From Candidatus Peregrinibacteria bacterium RIFOXYA2_FULL_41_18 (GTDB taxonomy: Bacteria; Patescibacteriota; Gracilibacteria; UBA1369; UBA12470): DNA of 64,000 nucleotides. Below the pieces are notes generated by a model. That model saw nothing but the letters and a program-made list of their open reading frames with translations, was not told the DNA's origin and did no database searches. Made by a program: the position numbers and the translations under genes. Below, in pieces: positions 35,454 to 45,529 of this stretch. Positions within the stretch are counted from its first letter, which is position 1. Each line of letters starts with the position of its first letter. The stretch spans positions 6,831 to 70,830 of the forward strand of contig MFXH01000004.1 in the NCBI GenBank assembly GCA_001788795.1, written 5' to 3'.

Positions 35454-36698
35454 ATGTCTAAAAGCAGATTGATCGCCGGACTTGATATTGGATCTTCGAG
35501 GATTCGAACTGTTGTTGCCACTTTGGACGAGAAAAGTTCCGTTCCGAATATTATTGGCGTTGGAGTCGCTCCCTCTTTTGGACTTAGAAAAGGTGGCGTC
35601 ATTGATGTTGAAGAAACGATAAATAGCATTTCGTCTTCCCTTGAGGACGCGGAAAGAATGGCGGGCGAGCCTATTAACCATGTTTTTCTTGGTATAGGTG
35701 GCACTCATCTTGCTTCTCAGGACAGCAAGGGTGTCATTGCTATTTCGCATTCCGGCAATGAAATAGCAGAAGATGACGTTGATCGAGTTCTTGAAGCCGC
35801 TCAAGCCGTTTCAATACCGAACAACAGAAGAATTCTCAGAATCATACCTAAATCTTTTATTGTTGATGAACAGAAGGGGATCAAGTATCCGGTTGGAATG
35901 ACGGGTATCAGACTTGAGGTTGAAGCCCATCTTATTACCGGACTCGCTCCTGCGGTTAAGAACATTGAAAAATGTGTACATCAGGCGGGTGTTGATATCG
36001 ACGACATTATTCCTTCCGGACTTGCTTCGGCTGAAGCTGTTTTGTCAAAAAGACAAAAAGAGCTTGGCGTTGTCGTCATTGACGTTGGATGTGGTGGTAC
36101 GTCTATCTCTGTTTTCGAAGAAGGTACGACTCTTTATACCGCTGTCATTCCGGTCGGTGGAGAGAACGTGACCAATGATATCGCAATAGGGCTACGAACA
36201 TCTATCGATACCGCCGAGAAGATTAAGATTGAGTATGGATCATGCATACCTGAAGATATTAACGACAGGGAAACTATCGATCTTTCCTTGCTGAGCAAAA
36301 TCGATACGCAAACCGTTTCCAAGAAACAACTATCCGAGATTATACAGGCCAGATATCATGAGATTTTTGTTCTTGTAAAAGATCATTTGGCAAAAATTAA
36401 CCGTGACGGAATGCTTCCTGCTGGAGCAATTTTGACAGGTGCAGGAGTTAAGACTCCCGGAACTGTTGATTTGGCCAGAGATACGTTGAATCTGCCTGTC
36501 CAAATAGGATTCCCCCAGAATTTCGAAGGAGTTGTTGATAAGATTGATGATCCGGCTTATGCGACCGCGATAGGTCTTGCGCTTTGGGGTGCGAGATTTG
36601 AAGGCAGGTCTACCGGATACGGATTTGATCTTAAGGGCGTGAAATTCGACAAGCTGATCAGCGGCGTGAAAGGATGGATCAAGGGACTTTTACCGTAA
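35454..36698 (+). CDS. ftsA: cell division protein FtsA
   Basis: Actin-fold motifs (GLDIGSSRIR, VIDVGCGGTSISVF) immediately upstream of ftsZ. Confidence 0.93.
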   Translation: MSKSRLIAGLDIGSSRIRTVVATLDEKSSVPNIIGVGVAPSFGLRKGGVIDVEETINSISSSLEDAERMAGEPINHVFLGIGGTHLASQDSKGVIAISHSGNEIAEDDVDRVLEAAQAVSIPNNRRILRIIPKSFIVDEQKGIKYPVGMTGIRLEVEAHLITGLAPAVKNIEKCVHQAGVDIDDIIPSGLASAEAVLSKRQKELGVVVIDVGCGGTSISVFEEGTTLYTAVIPVGGENVTNDIAIGLRTSIDTAEKIKIEYGSCIPEDINDRETIDLSLLSKIDTQTVSKKQLSEIIQARYHEIFVLVKDHLAKINRDGMLPAGAILTGAGVKTPGTVDLARDTLNLPVQIGFPQNFEGVVDKIDDPAYATAIGLALWGARFEGRSTGYGFDLKGVKFDKLISGVKGWIKGLLP

Positions 36699-36789
36699 TA
36701 TTCAAGTTTAATTTTAAAATTCAGGGCCAAGTTTTTTAACTAACTGCAAAATCTATTTAAATCTATTTGTCTCCTAAACCAAATTTACC

Positions 36790-37962
36790 ATGGCTACAAT
36801 GGCAAATGACGACGCAACACAAAAACAAAAAACAAAAAATGACGATTCTTTGAGGACTCTTTTTTCAGGGTCTGCCGGGACAAAAAGAAAAAATCTTGAA
36901 ATCACCCCGGACATAACTCCAGTCGCTTCAATCAAGGTTATTGGCGTCGGTGGCGGTGGCGGTAACGCGATCAACCGAATGATTAAGTCAAACGTTCGCG
37001 GCATAGATTTCATTGCCGTAAACACTGACGCTCAGGCGCTTTATCATTCCGAAGCTCCTGTGAAAATCAATATCGGCAAGGCTACAACTCGCGGTCTTGG
37101 CGCAGGCAGCCATCCTGAAATCGGCAAGCAATCTGCGGAAGAAAGTTCAGAAGAAATAAAGCAGACTCTTGAAGGCGCAGATATGGTCTTCATTACTTGC
37201 GGTCTTGGAGGCGGAACCGGTACGGGTGGATCTCCTGTTATTGCCGAGGTTGCGAAAGAACTTGGCATTTTGACAGTTGCAGTTGTTACTAAGCCTTTCT
37301 CTTTTGAAGGACACCGAAGACGTGTTCAGGCCGAAGAAGGTCTTGAGAATTTGAAAAACAAGGTTGATACAATGATCGTCATTCCAAATGACAAAATTTT
37401 ATCCCTTATAGATAAAAAAACTCCTCTTACCGAGGCGTTCACAGTTGTTGATGACGTTTTGAGGCAGGGCGTACAGGGTATTTCCGATTTGATCACCGTT
37501 CATGGAATGATCAACGTGGATTTCGCAGATGTTCGCGCAATTATGGAAAATGCCGGATCAGCTCTTATGGGCGTAGGCTATGGCACCGGCGAGAATCGCG
37601 CTGTTGAGGCTGCAAGGGCTGCCATCGACAGTCCTCTTCTCGAGATGGATATCGGTGGGGCAAAAGGCATCTTGTTCAATATCACCGGCGGAAACGACTT
37701 GTCTATGTTTGAAGTCGATGAAGCTGCAAGAATTATTACAGAAGCTTCCGATCCTGATGCAAATATCATCTTCGGTGCTGTCATCAATGATTCTTATACA
37801 GGTGAAATCAAGATTACGGTTGTTGCTACCGGATTCGATTCGGCGAAGAAAACCGTTTCCACGATGCACCATACAACCTCTGTTCCCGATATGTCTTCGA
37901 TGAAGAACGTCGAGAGCGAGTACGATATACCGGCGTTTATAAGGCAGAAGATGGGGAACTGA
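36790..37962 (+). CDS. ftsZ: cell division protein FtsZ
   Basis: [35 protein letters not shown]. Confidence 0.97.
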   Translation: MATMANDDATQKQKTKNDDSLRTLFSGSAGTKRKNLEITPDITPVASIKVIGVGGGGGNAINRMIKSNVRGIDFIAVNTDAQALYHSEAPVKINIGKATTRGLGAGSHPEIGKQSAEESSEEIKQTLEGADMVFITCGLGGGTGTGGSPVIAEVAKELGILTVAVVTKPFSFEGHRRRVQAEEGLENLKNKVDTMIVIPNDKILSLIDKKTPLTEAFTVVDDVLRQGVQGISDLITVHGMINVDFADVRAIMENAGSALMGVGYGTGENRAVEAARAAIDSPLLEMDIGGAKGILFNITGGNDLSMFEVDEAARIITEASDPDANIIFGAVINDSYTGEIKITVVATGFDSAKKTVSTMHHTTSVPDMSSMKNVESEYDIPAFIRQKMGN

Positions 37963-38073
37963 TTTTTTGATTATGATTCTCGTTAGTCCTCGCTTACTGA
38001 TTTCTCTCGAGCATGCATGATGCTCTCGAAGAAATCAGTAGCGCTGCGGAAGCGCTCGAATCATAACAAAAAA
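37963..38073 (+). other. 111-nt nested-palindrome element (three-way-junction-like) immediately after the ftsZ stop
   Basis: The outer arms are TTTTTTGATTATGATTC and GAATCATAACAAAAAA. Inner hairpins are CTGATTTCT...AGAAATCAG (37997-38038) and AGCGC-tgcggaa-GCGCT (38040-38056). The 5' junction motif CTCGYTAGTCCTCG recurs at about 19337. Confidence 0.55.
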
Positions 38074-38131
38074 TCTTATGTTCTTAAGGGAGTTTTTCGG
38101 AATCGTTCAGGATATATTCGAGGCACTAATT

Positions 38132-38165
38132 AAAAACCCCCTGCGTTGCCGCAAGGGGTTTTTTG
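38132..38165. terminator. bidirectional rho-independent terminator between ftsZ and the SLH gene
   Basis: AAAAA-CCCCCTGCG-ttgc-CGCAAGGGG-TTTTTT. The stem has one mismatch, with A-run and T-run flanks. Confidence 0.75.
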
Positions 38166-38175
38166 TTTTTCACTT

Positions 38176-40629
38176 TTAGTCCAATAAAACTTCGCCTATT
38201 TCTTCCATCGTATTTAAGTCGTTAACCTTAACCGCATATTCGCTGACTGTGTAAAGATTGTCTCCGATGTACAGGGCTCGCGAAACCTCTTTTTCGTTAT
38301 CATACCAGTCTCCGCTATATTCTCCGTCTGCATAATGACTGACCGTACCCTTCAGCGTGAATCCTGTTTCCAAATCAAGACTGTAAACATACTCGCCCTG
38401 ATAAACGTATTCGCCATAAGTGTCGGCAGCAGCAGTTTCGTCTGCGAGTTCTGCTAACGTGACTGGGAAGGCAAGAAGGTTTTTTGCAGCATCAAACAGT
38501 AACGCCTTGTGGTCATAAAGAAGCTCGCTGTCCGTACCTCTATCTCCTATGCCGATACTGTATTCCTGAACCGGATTGGCAGGATCGGTCACGTCGAACA
38601 ATGAGACTTTCAAGCCCTGATACCATGCGAAATCCAGCCCTCGCGCAGCCTCTTCCTCAACGGAGGCTTCTTCCGCATCTTTGCCGAAACCGATTATATG
38701 ATTCTCGTCGTAAGGATGAAGGTAGTCGCTGAATCCCGGTATTTTCAATTCGCCCAATACTGTCGGACTTGTCGGATCGGAAAGATCTACGACAAAAAGC
38801 GGATCGACTTTTTTGAAAGTCACCAAGTATCCTCTGTCGCCAATAAAGCGAGTGGAATAAAGCTCTTCGCCTGCGGCAAGACCCTCGACAGATCCTACGG
38901 TATTCATATCCGAATCAAGCACGTATAGATTGTTTGTGGACGGCGTTGAGACGTCCCAGAAATCGCCTTTTGTCGTTGCTATCCTGAAGTAGTTGTCGTG
39001 CTCGTCCATGCTAAACTGATTGAGGATCGTTCCTTGTACTTTTCCGGAGGAGCCGTATTCGATTTCGCCGGAGGTTAAAGAAAATTTATGTACTAATGTT
39101 TTTGCATTATTCCAATCGTAATAATAATCATCACTGTCGTAATTTGTTGATGCAACATACAGGTTATCCGTCGATGAGTAGATATTTTCGCTGTCGCCAA
39201 CTATAACTTCCTTGTCGATTTCCCCGTTTGGATCGGCAAGAGGAATTGCAACCGCAATCAAATAATTCCAATCGCGTGTTTGCGGCATATAGCTGATGTC
39301 CGTACATTGGGCGAGTATTTGTTCTTCGCCAGAGTCGCCCGCATTCGAATCGTAATAACGCGGCAGAAGTTCTTCAACTTCTAGTGTTTCTGGGTCGTAG
39401 CTGTAATCGAAATCAAACTTGTTCATTACCAAATACAGAGTGTTATCCACTTTTCTTGAATCGCTGTAATCACCGTCAAAAGATAATGCTCTTGTAAGCG
39501 TCGGGCTTGTTCTGTCCGAAATATCATAAGTATAAACAACCGTTCTGGATGAATGGTAGTACGGATAGTAAATGTCGAAACCGTAGTCATATGTGTAGTC
39601 GTATGTATATGCGTAACCGATAACCGTTAGCTGGTCGCCATCCAGATACATTTCGTAGGGATTGAACAAGTCCGGATCGAATGTGATTTTGGAAACTTCA
39701 GTCAGCTCGTCCGACGGATAAGCATGAATGATCCGCACCGAGTAGTCATATGAATATTCATAAGTTTCATAATCGTAGTCATAACTGTCTTTCAATACGT
39801 AAATATACTCACCGTCGTTCTTAACAATATCAGCTTCGTCAACTCCACTGACTTGAACATTTGTTGTCGAATACTCTACGCTCTCGGAATCGCTTGAACC
39901 TGATGAATCAGCGCTGGAAACATCCATTTCGTCTTCGGCATAGTAAATAATTTCTGGCGGATTACTCAGAAAAAGAGTTTTTAGTTCGTCGCAAGATGAA
40001 ACTTTTAAGACCTCTCCTTCAAGCTCTTCATATTTTAATGACGCCAAGTCTGCTGGCTGCTCTTCTATTCTCCAGATCACCTCCGCCATTTCTCCGCGAG
40101 CGATTTCTTTATCAAGATCGCTTATTGATGTCGGGATCGCTTCGGCTTCCGCTATCGGCTCTACGTACTGTTTATACCAAGGATCGGATTCCGTTATCGT
40201 TGTCGGCTCGAGACCAAGTGCATTAGTTATAATCTTACTTGCCTCTGCGAAATTTATTTCGTTTGCCGGCTTGAAAGTTCCATCGTCGTATCCGTCAATC
40301 ATGTCCATTTCCTTGCCGTAACATACGTATTTCGCGAACCATTCGTCCGCCACGTCGAGAAAACAGTTTGAGCCTGCGGCCTCATCTGTTATCGACTCCA
40401 CTACTATTTTCATGAATTCCGCGCGGTTGATCTTGTTAAGCGATTGAAAAGTGCCGTCTTGATACCCTTCGACTATTCCGTTTTCTCTCATCCATTCGAT
40501 AGCTTCGATGCTTGGATCGTCGCTCGAAAGGTCGGAGAAAGAATCGTCCGATGTCACTACCGCAAATGCCGATGTCGGAATTTGCCATAATGTTAAAACC
40601 GCCAGTATCCAAATAATTGTTTTTTTCAT
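38176..40629 (-). CDS. secreted SLH-domain protein with a C-terminal beta-propeller domain
   Basis: A signal peptide and SLH-like repeats (GYQDGTFQSLNKINRAEFMKI, GYDDGTFKPANEINFAEASKI). The C-terminal region matches the Beta_propel pattern (YSTRFIGDRGYLVTFKKVDPLFVVDLSDPTSP). Confidence 0.7.
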   Translation of the reverse strand: MKKTIIWILAVLTLWQIPTSAFAVVTSDDSFSDLSSDDPSIEAIEWMRENGIVEGYQDGTFQSLNKINRAEFMKIVVESITDEAAGSNCFLDVADEWFAKYVCYGKEMDMIDGYDDGTFKPANEINFAEASKIITNALGLEPTTITESDPWYKQYVEPIAEAEAIPTSISDLDKEIARGEMAEVIWRIEEQPADLASLKYEELEGEVLKVSSCDELKTLFLSNPPEIIYYAEDEMDVSSADSSGSSDSESVEYSTTNVQVSGVDEADIVKNDGEYIYVLKDSYDYDYETYEYSYDYSVRIIHAYPSDELTEVSKITFDPDLFNPYEMYLDGDQLTVIGYAYTYDYTYDYGFDIYYPYYHSSRTVVYTYDISDRTSPTLTRALSFDGDYSDSRKVDNTLYLVMNKFDFDYSYDPETLEVEELLPRYYDSNAGDSGEEQILAQCTDISYMPQTRDWNYLIAVAIPLADPNGEIDKEVIVGDSENIYSSTDNLYVASTNYDSDDYYYDWNNAKTLVHKFSLTSGEIEYGSSGKVQGTILNQFSMDEHDNYFRIATTKGDFWDVSTPSTNNLYVLDSDMNTVGSVEGLAAGEELYSTRFIGDRGYLVTFKKVDPLFVVDLSDPTSPTVLGELKIPGFSDYLHPYDENHIIGFGKDAEEASVEEEAARGLDFAWYQGLKVSLFDVTDPANPVQEYSIGIGDRGTDSELLYDHKALLFDAAKNLLAFPVTLAELADETAAADTYGEYVYQGEYVYSLDLETGFTLKGTVSHYADGEYSGDWYDNEKEVSRALYIGDNLYTVSEYAVKVNDLNTMEEIGEVLLD

Positions 40630-40756
40630 TTTTTATTGATTAAGAATTGTTTACACAAATATTAACGCTAATTTCTCGATGTTTATTACCATATGCCGTT
40701 GACTAGACCTTGCTTGTGTGGCAAAATGTCATTCTTGTATTTAACTTTATTGTGTT

Positions 40757-41188
40757 ATGGATTTAGATTCGACTCGAGAAAGAAGATTACTAATCGTGGA
40801 CGACGAAGCGGGATTGAGAAGGTCTTTTGTTCGACTTGCGCAAGCGCGTGCTCGCCGTAAGGAAATGGGCATTGTCGTAACAGAAGCTTCCGATGGTCAA
40901 GAAGGGCTTGAAATTCTTAAATCTGTCATATCCGGCGCAAGGGAAAGATTCGACCTTGTCTTAACCGATAACAATATGCCGGCGCTTGACGGTTCAGATA
41001 TGCTTCGACGAGTGGCGGCGCTGTCCGAGGATGGTCTTCGCGGTGTTGCGAATCATACGGTAATAGCAACGGGTATGATTAGCGGTGTCAATCAATCGAC
41101 TCTCCCGTCAGGCGTTGAAGAGGTGGTTGAGAAGCCTGTCGATAAAGCGGTTTTCGATCGAATGCTCGATGATTATCTTTTCGCATAG
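40757..41188 (+). CDS. stand-alone response-regulator receiver (CheY-like) protein
   Basis: LLIVDDE, acceptor DLVLTDNNMP and EKP lysine motif are present. There is no output domain and no kinase in the window. Confidence 0.75.
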   Translation: MDLDSTRERRLLIVDDEAGLRRSFVRLAQARARRKEMGIVVTEASDGQEGLEILKSVISGARERFDLVLTDNNMPALDGSDMLRRVAALSEDGLRGVANHTVIATGMISGVNQSTLPSGVEEVVEKPVDKAVFDRMLDDYLFA

Positions 41189-41239
41189 GTGATGCCTATT
41201 CAATATGATAAAATTTTTTAGGTTTTTTATTTATTTATT

Positions 41240-42196
41240 ATGCTCACGTTTTCTCAAATTTCGGCTGAAGAGCTTGATGGGTTTTCCCTTAACAATCCCC
41301 TTGGAAATATCCATCAGACCGGCGACTGGGCGAGGTTCCAAGAGTCCGTTCTCGGGCGCGGTAAGACGATTATGTGCGGCGTAAAGGATGGCGGCTTATT
41401 GAAAGCTGCCGGGTTGTTTGTTCGGCAGAAGCTCCCTATGGGAATGTGTTGGTATTTTTGTCCCAGAGGACCTATGTGCAATTCGCAAGAAGAACTTACC
41501 TGCATGATTGACGGACTGACGCCGATTTTGAAGAAAGAAAAATGTATTTTTTTGAGAGTCGAATCTGAAATGCCGATTCCTTATTTAGGAAGAGCTGCTC
41601 ATGCGCATTATTTTCCCCAGAGCACCGTTGTCGTTGATTTATCGGGTTCCGAAGAGGAAATTTCACGACAAATGAAGCCTAAAGGAAGATATAACATCAA
41701 GGTTGCGCGCAGTAACGGGGTTCGCGTGAAAGAATCGAAAGACGCTAGAGCGTTTCACCGATTATTTATGGAGACGACCAGTCGCGATGGGTTTTCCGGA
41801 CATGAAGTTTCTTATTACGAAAATATGCTAAAAATACTTGGCGACAATGCCAAGATGTATCTTGCTGAACTGGACGGGGAGGTAATTGCCGGAATTATTG
41901 TTACTTTTTATAAAGACACTGCTATTTATTATTTCGGCGCCAGCTCAAACAAGCACCGAAATATGATGGCACCTTACTTGCTTCAATGGACGGCTATGCT
42001 TGATGCCAAGTCGCGCGGATGCAAGTCGTACGATCTGTTTGGTATCGCTCCCGAGGGATCGAAAAACCATCCGTGGCAGGGGATTACGGATTTTAAGCTG
42101 AAATTCGGCGGTCGACGTATCAATTATCCGGAGGCAAGGGAGGTGGTTTTGAAACCCTTGTGGTATTGGGCGGTAAGAATTGCCAAGATGTTTTAA
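41240..42196 (+). CDS. FemAB-family peptidoglycan interpeptide-bridge aminoacyltransferase
   Basis: KGRYNIKVA, TSRDGFSGHEVSYYENM, IYYFGASSNKHRNMMAPYLLQW, YDLFGI. Confidence 0.85.
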   Translation: MLTFSQISAEELDGFSLNNPLGNIHQTGDWARFQESVLGRGKTIMCGVKDGGLLKAAGLFVRQKLPMGMCWYFCPRGPMCNSQEELTCMIDGLTPILKKEKCIFLRVESEMPIPYLGRAAHAHYFPQSTVVVDLSGSEEEISRQMKPKGRYNIKVARSNGVRVKESKDARAFHRLFMETTSRDGFSGHEVSYYENMLKILGDNAKMYLAELDGEVIAGIIVTFYKDTAIYYFGASSNKHRNMMAPYLLQWTAMLDAKSRGCKSYDLFGIAPEGSKNHPWQGITDFKLKFGGRRINYPEAREVVLKPLWYWAVRIAKMF

Positions 42197-42687
42197 GCCG
42201 CTTGCGTTTCTTCGGTCTCTTTTTTCTTGTGTAAATTTTTCGCCTTATCCGCAAAAAGCACGCCGTCTAGATGGTCAACCTCGTGCTGAATTATTTTGGC
42301 GTTAAAGTCTGATAACTTGAGGGTCATCGGAGAGGCCTTTTCTGTCAAAAATCTTACTATTATTTCTTTTGATCGCACTACGTCGCCCCAAAGATCCGGA
42401 AGGCTCAAGCAACCTTCTTCGCACTCGACTTTTTCATCTGAAAAATAAACTATTTCCGGATTTATCATACTAACTATGATTTCATTTTCCGTTCCGACGT
42501 TCATTCGCGCAACAATCACCCTCGTTGAACTTGCGACTTGTGGCGCGGCGAGGCCAACGCCGTTTTTTTCCAGCATCACTTTCACCATTTCTTTTATTAA
42601 TTTTTTTACAGAGGCGTCGATTTTTTTCACTGGATCCGCTTTGCCGCGTAATATCTTGTTGGATTTTCCGGTTTGGATTTGTAGCAT
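42193..42687 (-). CDS. def: peptide deformylase
   Basis: GVGLAAPQV, EGCLSLP, HEVDHLDG. Confidence 0.95.
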   Translation of the reverse strand: MLQIQTGKSNKILRGKADPVKKIDASVKKLIKEMVKVMLEKNGVGLAAPQVASSTRVIVARMNVGTENEIIVSMINPEIVYFSDEKVECEEGCLSLPDLWGDVVRSKEIIVRFLTEKASPMTLKLSDFNAKIIQHEVDHLDGVLFADKAKNLHKKKETEETQAA

Positions 42688-42708
42688 GTGGGAGTGGGTA
42701 GTGGGTGA
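42688..42708 (+). repeat. three G-rich heptamers (gtgggag tgggtag tgggtga) exactly filling the prfB-def spacer
   Basis: Read directly. The units are in plus orientation although both flanking genes are on the minus strand. Confidence 0.6.
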
Positions 42709-43803
42709 TTATTTCTTGTGGGATTGGCGCAAGGACGCTTCGATAAAATCGTCGAGGTCACCGTCGAGAACGTCGTCAACCTGCGACGTTTCGTAATCCG
42801 TTCTATGGTCTTTTACCATTTTATATGGGTGCAAAACGTATGAACGAATTTGGTTGCCCCAAGAATGCTGAACATGTTCGCCTTTCAAATCGCTGATTTC
42901 TTTAAGGTCGTGTTTTTCACGGAGTGCGATAAGTTTTGATTTCAAAATTCTCATCGCGGTTTGCTTGTTTTGCAATTGAGATCTTTCGTTCTGGCATTTT
43001 ACGACAAGACCTGTCGGCTTGTGGGTAAGCCTTACCGCCGAATCTGTTTTGTTTACATGCTGGCCGCCTGCGCCACCCGATCTGAATGTATCAATTTCAA
43101 GGTCGGATTCGTTTATTTCAACATCATCCGTTTCGTGAATTATCGGTGTTACTTCTACAAGCGCAAAAGATGTTTCGCGCGTGCCGCCCGAATTGAACGG
43201 GCTCATGCGTACGAGTCTGTGAACCCCGTGTTCTTCTTTCAACATGCCATATGCGAACGGACCTTTTACCGAAATTTCCGCGCTTTTTATACCGGCTTCT
43301 TCGGCTGCAGTTTTTTCAACAAGCTCAACCTGCCATTCTTTTTTCTCCGCGTATCTCAAGTACATGCGAAGCAGCATTTCCGCCCAGTCCTGCGCGTCAA
43401 CGCCTCCCGTTCCGGAGTGTATCGAGACTATCGCGTCGCTATTGTCATATCTGCCGCCGAGGTAAAGTTGGATTGATAATTTATCGAGTTTTTTCTGAAA
43501 TTCTTCTGCTGATTTTTCGAGCTCGCGGAATGTTTTGTGGTCGGTTACTGGATCCGTTATCTCGGCGAGTTCGAGCGTATCCTCTATTTCTTTTTGAAAA
43601 CCCTCCCATTGTTCAAGAATTTTTCTTATGCGTCCCGCCTCTTCGGATATTTTTTTCGCGTGCGTTGCGTCATCCCAAAAACCCTTTGAGTTCATTTCGA
43701 GATCGTGTTCATGGAGACGTTCTTTGAGTTGCGGAAATTCCAGAAAGCCTTGGGCGGAGGAAACTTCTTTGATTAAGTGAGCTAGATGTTCTTTGAGATC
43801 CAT
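42709..43803 (-). CDS. prfB: peptide chain release factor 2 (single frame, no programmed frameshift)
   Basis: SPF tripeptide (RMSPFNSGG) and GGQ ([20 protein letters not shown]). The start was moved to MDLKEH (ATG 43803). The upstream 27 codons of the track ORF are the antisense of a family A repeat. Confidence 0.92.
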   Translation of the reverse strand: MDLKEHLAHLIKEVSSAQGFLEFPQLKERLHEHDLEMNSKGFWDDATHAKKISEEAGRIRKILEQWEGFQKEIEDTLELAEITDPVTDHKTFRELEKSAEEFQKKLDKLSIQLYLGGRYDNSDAIVSIHSGTGGVDAQDWAEMLLRMYLRYAEKKEWQVELVEKTAAEEAGIKSAEISVKGPFAYGMLKEEHGVHRLVRMSPFNSGGTRETSFALVEVTPIIHETDDVEINESDLEIDTFRSGGAGGQHVNKTDSAVRLTHKPTGLVVKCQNERSQLQNKQTAMRILKSKLIALREKHDLKEISDLKGEHVQHSWGNQIRSYVLHPYKMVKDHRTDYETSQVDDVLDGDLDDFIEASLRQSHKK

Positions 43804-43811
43804 TGGGTAGT

Positions 43812-43846
43812 ATAAGAAGTATGAGAAGTAGGGGAAGTGACATAGT
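43812..43846 (+). repeat. family A composite repeat
   Basis: ataagaagt atgagaagt aggggaagt gacatagt, located in the divergent prfB/flippase intergenic region. Confidence 0.9.
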
Positions 43847-43953
43847 AACGGGGGAATAATATATTGCCGGATGGATTGAGGCAAATTCGAATTACGGATT
43901 GCAGATTTTTAATGTCGAAGCTATAGTTTTTTGGCTTAAAAAAGTTTCTCCTT

Positions 43954-45441
43954 ATGTCCACCGCTCGAAAAGTTCTTGGCAATACCGCTGTTCAAGTTGC
44001 AGGAAGATTTGTTATGGCCTTCATGAGTATAATAATCGTTAAGCTTATAACGAGTTATCTAGGACTTGAGGGATATGGAAAGTATTCGGCCATATATGAA
44101 TTCTTGGCGTTTTTCGGTGTTGCGGCGGATCTCGGCTTGTTTACGATATCCGTTCGAGAGATGGCGAAAGAAGATACTCAGGAAGCTCGTGAGCATATCT
44201 TGTCAAACATCATTACAATGCGATCGCTTTTATGCATCGCCACTATGACCGTCGCGATTATTGCGGCATATTTCGTTCCTCAATATAAGGCGATTCATCT
44301 TGGAATCATAATTGCTTCAGCTGCGGTTTTCTTGTCCACGTTGCAGAGTGCGGTCGCGAGCTTGCTTCAGTTCAATCTCAAAATGCAGTATGCGACAATC
44401 GCGCAAGTTGCCGGCAAGGCGGCAAGTCTTGCATATATCGCTTACACAATTTATTACGGTTTTACCGAGCCGTCTTCGGCAGGCTTTTACAATCTTATAG
44501 TTGCCGGTGTTGTTGGCAATATTGTGCTTCTCGGCGTCACTTATTTTTTCGCTCGCAGATACGGGCGGATATTTTTTGGAACGGACTGGAATTTCATAAG
44601 AAAAGTTTTATTAAAATCTGTTCCGTATGGAATTGCGCTTGTATTGAACATGATTTATTTCCGAGTCGGATCGATTATGCTTTTGCTTATGAAGGGACCG
44701 ACTGAGGTTGGGATTTATGCCGTGCCGATGAGGGTTCTCGAAATCTTGTCGCTAATCCCTGTGTTCTTCATGAATAGCGTCTTGCCGGTTTTGACGAGGC
44801 ACGTTTACGAGAAGACTGAGCGAGTAAAAGATATTTTGAAATACAGCTTTGATTTTTTGTTTATGGCGGGCGTGCCGCTTGTTGCGGGAACGCAGGTTCT
44901 TGCCTATGGCATTGTCGGCGCGATTTCGACTCCCGAATTTCTGAGCAGGATTGACGATGGATTTTACGGGTCGGATAGCGTCATTAAATTCTTGATGATT
45001 GCGATGATGGTCGCCTTTATCAACAGCTTATTTATTTATTCTATTATTGCTTCCAGTCATCAAAACAGGCTTCTGTGGTTAAATGGCGGATGCGCGATTT
45101 TCAATGTCGTTCTTAATTTATTTATGATTCCGTGGCTTGGTGCAAGAGGTGCGGCGATCACAAGCATCGCGACCGAAACTTTACTTTTGGTTCTGGCCTA
45201 TCTGGTTGCGAGAAAAGACATGCCGTTTACTTTCAGCTTTGGAACTCTGTGGAAAACCCTTTTTGCCGGCGTATTGATGGCGGTTGTTGTTTGGGGCATG
45301 AGGGATTTCAGTTTTGAATATTTAAAAAATTATAACATCGTTGTTCTTGTTCCTATCGGAGCGGTTGTTTACGGAGGAGTGCTGTTTGGTACCAAGGCGG
45401 TGACGAAGGACATATTGGATGGGATTAGGCAGAAGGCATAA
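43954..45441 (+). CDS. MOP-superfamily flippase (Wzx/MurJ/polysaccharide biosynthesis protein family)
   Basis: A 495-aa protein with about 14 TM segments and a typical N-terminus (KVLGNTAVQVAGRFVMAFMSIIIVKLITSYLGLEGYG). Confidence 0.75.
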   Translation: MSTARKVLGNTAVQVAGRFVMAFMSIIIVKLITSYLGLEGYGKYSAIYEFLAFFGVAADLGLFTISVREMAKEDTQEAREHILSNIITMRSLLCIATMTVAIIAAYFVPQYKAIHLGIIIASAAVFLSTLQSAVASLLQFNLKMQYATIAQVAGKAASLAYIAYTIYYGFTEPSSAGFYNLIVAGVVGNIVLLGVTYFFARRYGRIFFGTDWNFIRKVLLKSVPYGIALVLNMIYFRVGSIMLLLMKGPTEVGIYAVPMRVLEILSLIPVFFMNSVLPVLTRHVYEKTERVKDILKYSFDFLFMAGVPLVAGTQVLAYGIVGAISTPEFLSRIDDGFYGSDSVIKFLMIAMMVAFINSLFIYSIIASSHQNRLLWLNGGCAIFNVVLNLFMIPWLGARGAAITSIATETLLLVLAYLVARKDMPFTFSFGTLWKTLFAGVLMAVVVWGMRDFSFEYLKNYNIVVLVPIGAVVYGGVLFGTKAVTKDILDGIRQKA

Positions 45442-45453
45442 GGCATAAGGGTG
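45426..45453 (+). repeat. heptamer repeat (taggcag aaggcat aaggcat aagggtg), family B variant
   Basis: It contains the flippase stop codon. It shares the 13-mer aggcagaaggcat with the GT4 gene tail at about 32262. Confidence 0.65.
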
Positions 45454-45529
45454 GTTTTGGGGCTTGTGCGATTTTCGCAAACCATAATCTATTTGCTTTG
45501 CTGTCTATTTTCATGTAAAGTATGATTCT

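Noticed and set aside
42709-43803. Programmed +1 frameshift in prfB
   Set aside because: The whole RF2 sequence, from the N-terminal helical domain through SPF and GGQ, lies in one uninterrupted frame. No in-frame early TGA was seen.
43804-43884. N-terminal 27 codons of the prfB track ORF ([27 protein letters not shown])
   Set aside because: This segment is the stop-free antisense reading of a family A repeat. RF2 homology begins at MDLKEH, so the start was moved to 43803.
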